The notes under the pieces were generated by a model. It made no database searches. It was not told the origin of the DNA and was given only the letters and a program-made list of their open reading frames with translations. Position numbers and translations under genes: made by a program. A DNA stretch of 64,000 nt from an uncultured Christensenella sp. (GTDB lineage Bacteria > Bacillota > Clostridia > Christensenellales > Borkfalkiaceae), in the NCBI GenBank assembly GCA_910579705.1, contig CAJTUI010000013.1, forward strand, positions 506 to 64,505, in the 5' to 3' direction. Shown here one piece after another: positions 59,360 through 64,000 of the stretch (within the stretch, counting starts at the first letter, position 1; each line of letters begins with the position of its first letter).

Positions 59360-60583
59360 TTAAAGCTCCACGCCGTTAATTTTAAGAAGTTCGCGCGCGG
59401 TGTCAACGCTGTCTACGCCCGTCTTGTTTTTTACAGGCGCAAACTCCTTTTGTCTGTCGACTTCGAACGCGAGGCAGTTGCCCATAAACCTGACCATATC
59501 CACGACCAGCGTTTCGAATTTATAGCCGTTGGGCTCTTCGGGCTCCGCAAGCGCGCCGTTTTCTATATGCGGTATCGCCTTTTTTGCGAGGTGATAGGGC
59601 AGTTTCCAGGAAATCGTAGCATTGAGCACGTGAACGTTAAACAGATAGTTGAGCGTTACGCCGTAACGGTAAGAAAGCTCGCCTTTGCGGTTGTACTTTT
59701 TGGTAAACTCGGGCGGCATTTCATAGTACTCGACGATACAGGGCTTGCCGTCCCTTTCGCAGAGTACGCCCACCTTTTCCTCGGGGCAGGTCTTTTTGAC
59801 GACCTTCGCGCCGCAAAAACATCTCGACAGCGAAGTCGCGCCGATAAACGCAGGGTCGCAAATGCGCTGTAAAACGTTATCCACGCCGAAAACGTTCAGC
59901 CATTCCACGCCCTCGCGTTCGAGAACGCGGTTAAGGCCGCTGTTTATAAGCGACGAATACCAGCCGCCGTTGCCGTTGGGAGAGAGCGCGACGCGGTGTT
60001 TCTCCGAAAGGAATATCTTTCCGTCGAAATCGCAAACGGGCTCCTTATCCTGTATATAGAAATATATCTTGTCTTTGGGATAACCGAAGTAGTTGTTCTC
60101 CGCAAAGAACGCGACAGTTTCGTCGTTATTGACGTCGCTCGTCATAATAAACAACGGGAAATTCCTGCCCGTGACGCGCGTTACGTCCTTTATGTTGTTC
60201 ATAAGCTGTTCGAAAATAGACAGCTGTCTTGTTACGCCGATATTAAACATACCCTTTGGCTTATCGAAACCGAGACGGGTACCCTGACCGCCGGCGAGCA
60301 GAACCGCGCCGACCTTATGTTCTTTTAAAAGTTTTATTCCTTCTTCTTCGTATTTCTTACGGTTCTTTTCTATATCTTCAAGGCTTTTCGCAGGGACGGG
60401 TTTATACTTGCCCGTCTTTTTCTGCTCCGAATTGTTCTGTATATTTTTAACAACCGAAAAGTTGAGATTTGTTATTTCGTCGAGCAAGATACGGCGCTGT
60501 TCTTCGTCCAGTTCGTCGTAATAATCCAAAAGCTGGCTCTGCCCGCGCTGACTGAGAAACAGTTTAGCTCTTTCGTAATCCAC
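59360..60583 (-). CDS. UDPGP-family (UAP1/AGX-type) UDP-sugar pyrophosphorylase
   Basis: 407 aa. LLAGGQGTRLGFDKPKGMF is the eukaryotic-type UDP-N-acetylhexosamine pyrophosphorylase signature. Confidence 0.75.
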   Translation of the reverse strand: MDYERAKLFLSQRGQSQLLDYYDELDEEQRRILLDEITNLNFSVVKNIQNNSEQKKTGKYKPVPAKSLEDIEKNRKKYEEEGIKLLKEHKVGAVLLAGGQGTRLGFDKPKGMFNIGVTRQLSIFEQLMNNIKDVTRVTGRNFPLFIMTSDVNNDETVAFFAENNYFGYPKDKIYFYIQDKEPVCDFDGKIFLSEKHRVALSPNGNGGWYSSLINSGLNRVLEREGVEWLNVFGVDNVLQRICDPAFIGATSLSRCFCGAKVVKKTCPEEKVGVLCERDGKPCIVEYYEMPPEFTKKYNRKGELSYRYGVTLNYLFNVHVLNATISWKLPYHLAKKAIPHIENGALAEPEEPNGYKFETLVVDMVRFMGNCLAFEVDRQKEFAPVKNKTGVDSVDTARELLKINGVEL

Positions 60584-60673
60584 TTCGAGTTCTCCGTTAA
60601 GTATTATATTATATATATTATATAGTATATGTGAAAATAAGTCAATAATTTTGTTAAAACTTGGAAATAACTA

Positions 60674-60702
60674 TTGTAAATTGTTAAAATTTATTGTATA
60701 AT
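60674..60702 (+). promoter_or_regulatory. Promoter TTGTAA-17-(TG)TATAAT for the NUDIX gene
   Basis: ttgtaaattgttaaaatttattgtataat. The downstream gene has a strong SD (AAGGAGG). Confidence 0.55.
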
Positions 60703-60758
60703 ATGAGTTGTAAGAGTTTATAGTTTTTGATTTTAATGACCTGTAAGGAGGTAGAAAT

Positions 60759-61250
60759 ATGTATTGTACGGTTTGCGGAGAAAAACTTACGCTTATGTTC
60801 AAGCAGGACGAAGGACTTGTCCCCTATTGCAAGACTTGCAGCGAATACCGCTTCCCCCGCTTCGCCACGGCGGTCAGTATGGTGGTGACAAACAGGACGA
60901 AAGACAAGATTTTACTTGCAAGACACAACGGCAGCGAGGATTACATACTCTTCGCGGGGTATATCAAAAAGGGCGAAACCGCCGAGAAAGCCGTCACGCG
61001 CGAGTTCAAGGAAGAAACAAGGCTGGATACCGTGAAGTTCAAGTATATGGGCTCACGCTATCACGAACCTAAGGACGTGCTTATGCTCAACTATCTTATT
61101 ATGGCCGAGAACGGAAACGCCGTGCCCGATTTGAACGAGCTTGAAGAAGTTAAATGGTTCTCGCCCGAAGACGCGATTGCCGCGATAAGAAAGGACAGCG
61201 TTGCCGAAACGTTTTTAAAGAACGCTTTGGCCGAAATAAAGAAACTGTAA
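60759..61250 (+). CDS. NUDIX hydrolase with N-terminal zinc ribbon (NudC-like)
   Basis: 163 aa. CTVCGE...CKTC and Nudix box GYIKKGETAEKAVTREFKEETRL. Confidence 0.8.
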   Translation: MYCTVCGEKLTLMFKQDEGLVPYCKTCSEYRFPRFATAVSMVVTNRTKDKILLARHNGSEDYILFAGYIKKGETAEKAVTREFKEETRLDTVKFKYMGSRYHEPKDVLMLNYLIMAENGNAVPDLNELEEVKWFSPEDAIAAIRKDSVAETFLKNALAEIKKL

Positions 61251-61272
61251 AATAATTTTTAGGAGATTTTTT

Positions 61273-61860
61273 ATGAATTTACTTTTAGGGACCGGCGTTA
61301 TCGCCGGCATAGTTGCGGGCGTTGTGGCGCTGATTGTGCTCATAATAGTTATCTGGGCGATTTCCGCGCGCAACAGGTTTGTACAGATGGAGAATCAGTA
61401 TGAAGAGGCTTTCCACAATATCGACATCTATCTTAAAAAGCGTTACGACCTTATCCCTAACCTCGTTGAAACGGTAAAAGGCTACGCCGCGCACGAAAGC
61501 GGCACGCTTGAAAGAGTTGTCGAGGCGAGAAACAAGGCGCAAAACGCCTCCTCCCCCGCCGAGAAAATCGAGGCGAACGCGGAGCTTTCCCAGTCGATAA
61601 GAAACTTCAATATGGTTATGGAAAGATATCCCGAGCTTAAGGCAAACGCCAACTTTATTGATTTGCAGAACCAGTTGAAAGCAATCGAAAGCGAGCTTGC
61701 AAACGTAAGAAAATACTACAACGCGACCATCAAACAGTTCAACACCAAAATACGCACTTTCCCCGCTTCGATTATCGCAAAGAGTATGAAGCTTGAAAAA
61801 CAGCCGTATTTTGAAATCGACGACCCCGTTGAAAGGCAGAACGTTAAGGTTCAGTTTTAA
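61273..61860 (+). CDS. lemA: LemA family protein
   Basis: 195 aa. N-terminal TM; motifs RYDLIPNLVETVKGYA, YYNATIKQFN. Confidence 0.9.
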   Translation: MNLLLGTGVIAGIVAGVVALIVLIIVIWAISARNRFVQMENQYEEAFHNIDIYLKKRYDLIPNLVETVKGYAAHESGTLERVVEARNKAQNASSPAEKIEANAELSQSIRNFNMVMERYPELKANANFIDLQNQLKAIESELANVRKYYNATIKQFNTKIRTFPASIIAKSMKLEKQPYFEIDDPVERQNVKVQF

Positions 61861-61873
61861 ATTTTAAAGAGAT

Positions 61874-63787
61874 ATGAAAAGAGTTAAATTTTTTCCCGTA
61901 ATATTGTTACTGGCGCTTACCGCATTGCTTGCGGTAAGCGTTTACGGGCTTAAAAGCGCGCAGCCTGCCCGTGCGCAGGATACGGTTGACTACGGCGGCT
62001 ATAATTCTTACTCCCTCTACTTCAAAAGTCTTGACGTGACTTACGAGGTTGCGGAAAACAGGAAAATTGCCGTAACCGAAATACTGACCGTGCATTTCAC
62101 GGGCACGCAGAGCACGGGTTTTATAAAGGACATTCCCACTAACGGCGGAGAACTTATCAGAAACGTAAAAGTATCTGAAATGTCGAACGGCGTTTATAAA
62201 AACGTGCCGTACAGCCTGTATTACGAGGACTCGGGTTTCCTCAGCGTGGACATCGGCGACACCTCGCTGAAAACAAACAAGACTTTCACATACGTCATAA
62301 CTTACGATTACTGTCTTACCAAATCTCAGGAAGGTAAGAACGCCTTGCACCTGAACGCGATAGGCACGGGCCGCGACGCGAAAATCGAAAATGCAAGCGT
62401 GACGATAATAACGCCGAAAGGTTATATCGATTCTGTCTGCCGCGTCGGGCTTAGCGAAGAAACCGGCGAATGGCACGGAGAAGTTACGGAAAGCAGGCTT
62501 GACGACGGAAGAACCAAGCTGTCCGTCAAAGACGTTGCTCTGGCAGAAAAAGAAGGCGTGACGATTGAAATGAATTTCGAGGACGGTGTTTTATCCAACT
62601 ACTTCGAGTTCACGCCTTACTGGTTTTTAATTGCCGAACTTTTAATCTTTGCGGCAATAGTGCTCCTGAAACTGTTTGTGTTCAACAAGAACCGTATTAT
62701 GCCGGTCGTCAACTACGAGGCGCCCTATAAAATGGACCCCCTTAAAATGGGCAAGCTTATCGACAACTCCGTCGACGGAGAGGACGTCACCTCGCTTATA
62801 TATTACTGGGCCAGCAAGGGTTTTATAAAAATCAACCTCGACGACAAAAAAGACCCCGTGTTGATAAGAATCAGGCAGACCCTGCCCGACGACTTCCCTT
62901 CCTATCAGAAGGTTATGTATAACAGCCTGTTCCTGAAAGGCGATATGATACAGACAAGCAGCCTAAAAAACAGTTTCTATAAAGTAGTAGCGCAGGTATC
63001 GGCACTGGTGAACGGCCAAAACAAAAATCTGTACGACAGTAAAAGCAAAACTTTTTCGCTGGTGCTGGCTGTTATAGGCGGATTTATTCTGGGACTTGCA
63101 CCCTTCCTTATATCTATTTTGCAGATATCAGGTAAGCTCCTGTCCTTTTTCAGTTTCTTCACCGTAGTTCCGGCCGTAGCCTTAAACATACTTATGCAGA
63201 CCGTAATGTTTAACAGGCACAAGTTTAAAAAGTTAACCTTCATTCTTTGCTGCTTAGGCTTAACGCTGCTGGGCGCGTTTATAGGTCTGTTCTACGTCTT
63301 TTTGGTACCGTCGGGAATTATCGGCGTAGTCCCGAAAATTCTTATTTACGCCTCGGGCGTGGCGGTATGGCTTTCGTCCGTACTCATTATCTCGCGCACT
63401 AAGGAATACAACGACACGCTTAACGAGATACTCGGTTTCAAAAACTTTATTAAGCTTGCCGAAAAAGACCAGCTTGAAATGATGCTCGAAGAAGACCCGC
63501 AGTACTACTACAACATTCTGCCCTATGCTCAGGTGCTCGGCGTTTCGTCTATCTGGGAAGAAAAGTTCCAGTCGCTCACCGTTGAGCCCCCTCAGTGGCT
63601 TACGGGTAATATGGTTTCGACTTATATCGAATTCAGAATTATCAGCGGTATTATCAACAGCTCGCTCGGCAGAATGTCGTCCGACTTCGTTTCGCGGCCC
63701 TCATCGTCGGGTTCAAGCGGAAGAGGCGGTTTCGGCGGCGGCCACGTGGGCGGAGGACACGGCGGCGGCGGTTTCCGCGGAAGATAA
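61874..63787 (+). CDS. DUF2207-like membrane protein with Gly-rich C-terminal tail
   Basis: 637 aa. Signal/TM, extracytoplasmic domain, multi-TM region, and a ...GRGGFGGGHVGGGHGGGGFRGR tail. Usual partner of LemA. Confidence 0.7.
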   Translation: MKRVKFFPVILLLALTALLAVSVYGLKSAQPARAQDTVDYGGYNSYSLYFKSLDVTYEVAENRKIAVTEILTVHFTGTQSTGFIKDIPTNGGELIRNVKVSEMSNGVYKNVPYSLYYEDSGFLSVDIGDTSLKTNKTFTYVITYDYCLTKSQEGKNALHLNAIGTGRDAKIENASVTIITPKGYIDSVCRVGLSEETGEWHGEVTESRLDDGRTKLSVKDVALAEKEGVTIEMNFEDGVLSNYFEFTPYWFLIAELLIFAAIVLLKLFVFNKNRIMPVVNYEAPYKMDPLKMGKLIDNSVDGEDVTSLIYYWASKGFIKINLDDKKDPVLIRIRQTLPDDFPSYQKVMYNSLFLKGDMIQTSSLKNSFYKVVAQVSALVNGQNKNLYDSKSKTFSLVLAVIGGFILGLAPFLISILQISGKLLSFFSFFTVVPAVALNILMQTVMFNRHKFKKLTFILCCLGLTLLGAFIGLFYVFLVPSGIIGVVPKILIYASGVAVWLSSVLIISRTKEYNDTLNEILGFKNFIKLAEKDQLEMMLEEDPQYYYNILPYAQVLGVSSIWEEKFQSLTVEPPQWLTGNMVSTYIEFRIISGIINSSLGRMSSDFVSRPSSSGSSGRGGFGGGHVGGGHGGGGFRGR

Positions 63788-63818
63788 ACAACAAAATAAA
63801 CGGCGCGGCAATCTGAAG

Positions 63819-64000
63819 TGAACCCCAAAGTTTGGACAAAAAAATAAATAAATTAGAATTGTGAATGAGTTCTGTATTGCACGGGACTCATTCCTTTTAG
63901 TTTGAGAGAAATTCTCTCGTTGTTGTAGTAGTAAATATAATCGTGAAGTTTAGTTATAAAGTCATCCACTGAGCTAAACTTTTCACCGTAAAACATTTCA
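63819..64000 (-). mobile_element. Terminal part of an IS3-family insertion sequence (continues beyond the window)
   Basis: Terminal repeat-like TGAACCCCAAAGTTTGGACA at 63819, followed by the transposase C-terminus. Confidence 0.7.
63853..64000 (-). CDS. IS3-family transposase (OrfB) C-terminal fragment, partial at the window edge
   Basis: Manual translation ...EMFYGEKFSSVDDFITKLHDYIYYYNNERISLKLKGMSPVQYRTHSQF*, typical of an IS3/IS150 OrfB C-terminus. Confidence 0.75.
   Translation of the reverse strand, partial: EMFYGEKFSSVDDFITKLHDYIYYYNNERISLKLKGMSPVQYRTHSQF

Noticed and set aside
63700-63787. Gly-rich repetitive DNA at the 3' end of the DUF2207 gene, and overlapping antisense ORFs at 63622-63839.
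   Set aside because: This is the usual low-complexity GGGHGGG tail of DUF2207 proteins, not a repeat element or separate genes.

Overview
The window looks like a Bacillota (Clostridia-like) chromosome segment using the standard genetic code. It falls into four parts.

(1) nt 1-29070 is one unidirectional minus-strand glycan-utilisation cluster of about 29 kb. In transcription order it encodes:
- an AraC regulator;
- a MalK/MsmX-type ATPase carrying a ~175-aa coiled-coil insertion;
- a translationally coupled 4-TM membrane protein;
- four lipoproteins: an SGNH esterase, a GH43, a CBM9-like protein and a 1965-aa tandem-module giant;
- a CUT1 ABC importer (633-aa binding lipoprotein plus two permeases);
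- signal-less GH31, GH3, GH3, GH2 and GH20 enzymes.
The GH20 frame runs without a stop into an HTH-less WYL-like domain at the left edge.

(2) nt ~28.2-34.9 kb is a stretch that looks AT-richer by eye (not computed). It contains:
- Ku plus a ligase-only LigD;
- rhodanese plus rubredoxin (the rubredoxin is below the ORF-track cutoff);
- an SRAP peptidase;
- a Zn-ribbon / small-protein / DinB operon;
- a structured RNA candidate bounded by a promoter and a terminator;
- an ORF-free AT-rich gap and tRNA-Glu(CUC).

(3) nt 35-63.8 kb is housekeeping: pgi, a RecD-like helicase, a DeoC-like protein lacking the catalytic lysines, rsfS, a nadD-yqeK fusion, yhbY, obg, rho, tyrA, pgk / XRE cassette / tpiA-gpmI, secG, rnr, smpB, metY, metA, and LemA-DUF2207.

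(4) nt 63819-64000 is the end of an IS3-family element.

I saw no CRISPR array, no rRNA and no complete recognisable defence system. The most novel-looking candidates are:
- the insertion-bearing ATPase plus 4-TM protein plus giant lipoprotein at the head of the glycan locus;
- the GH20::WYL junction;
- a recurrent TATAAT-N6/7-ATG (leaderless-type) promoter architecture.

All family calls come from motif recognition by eye. No searches were run.
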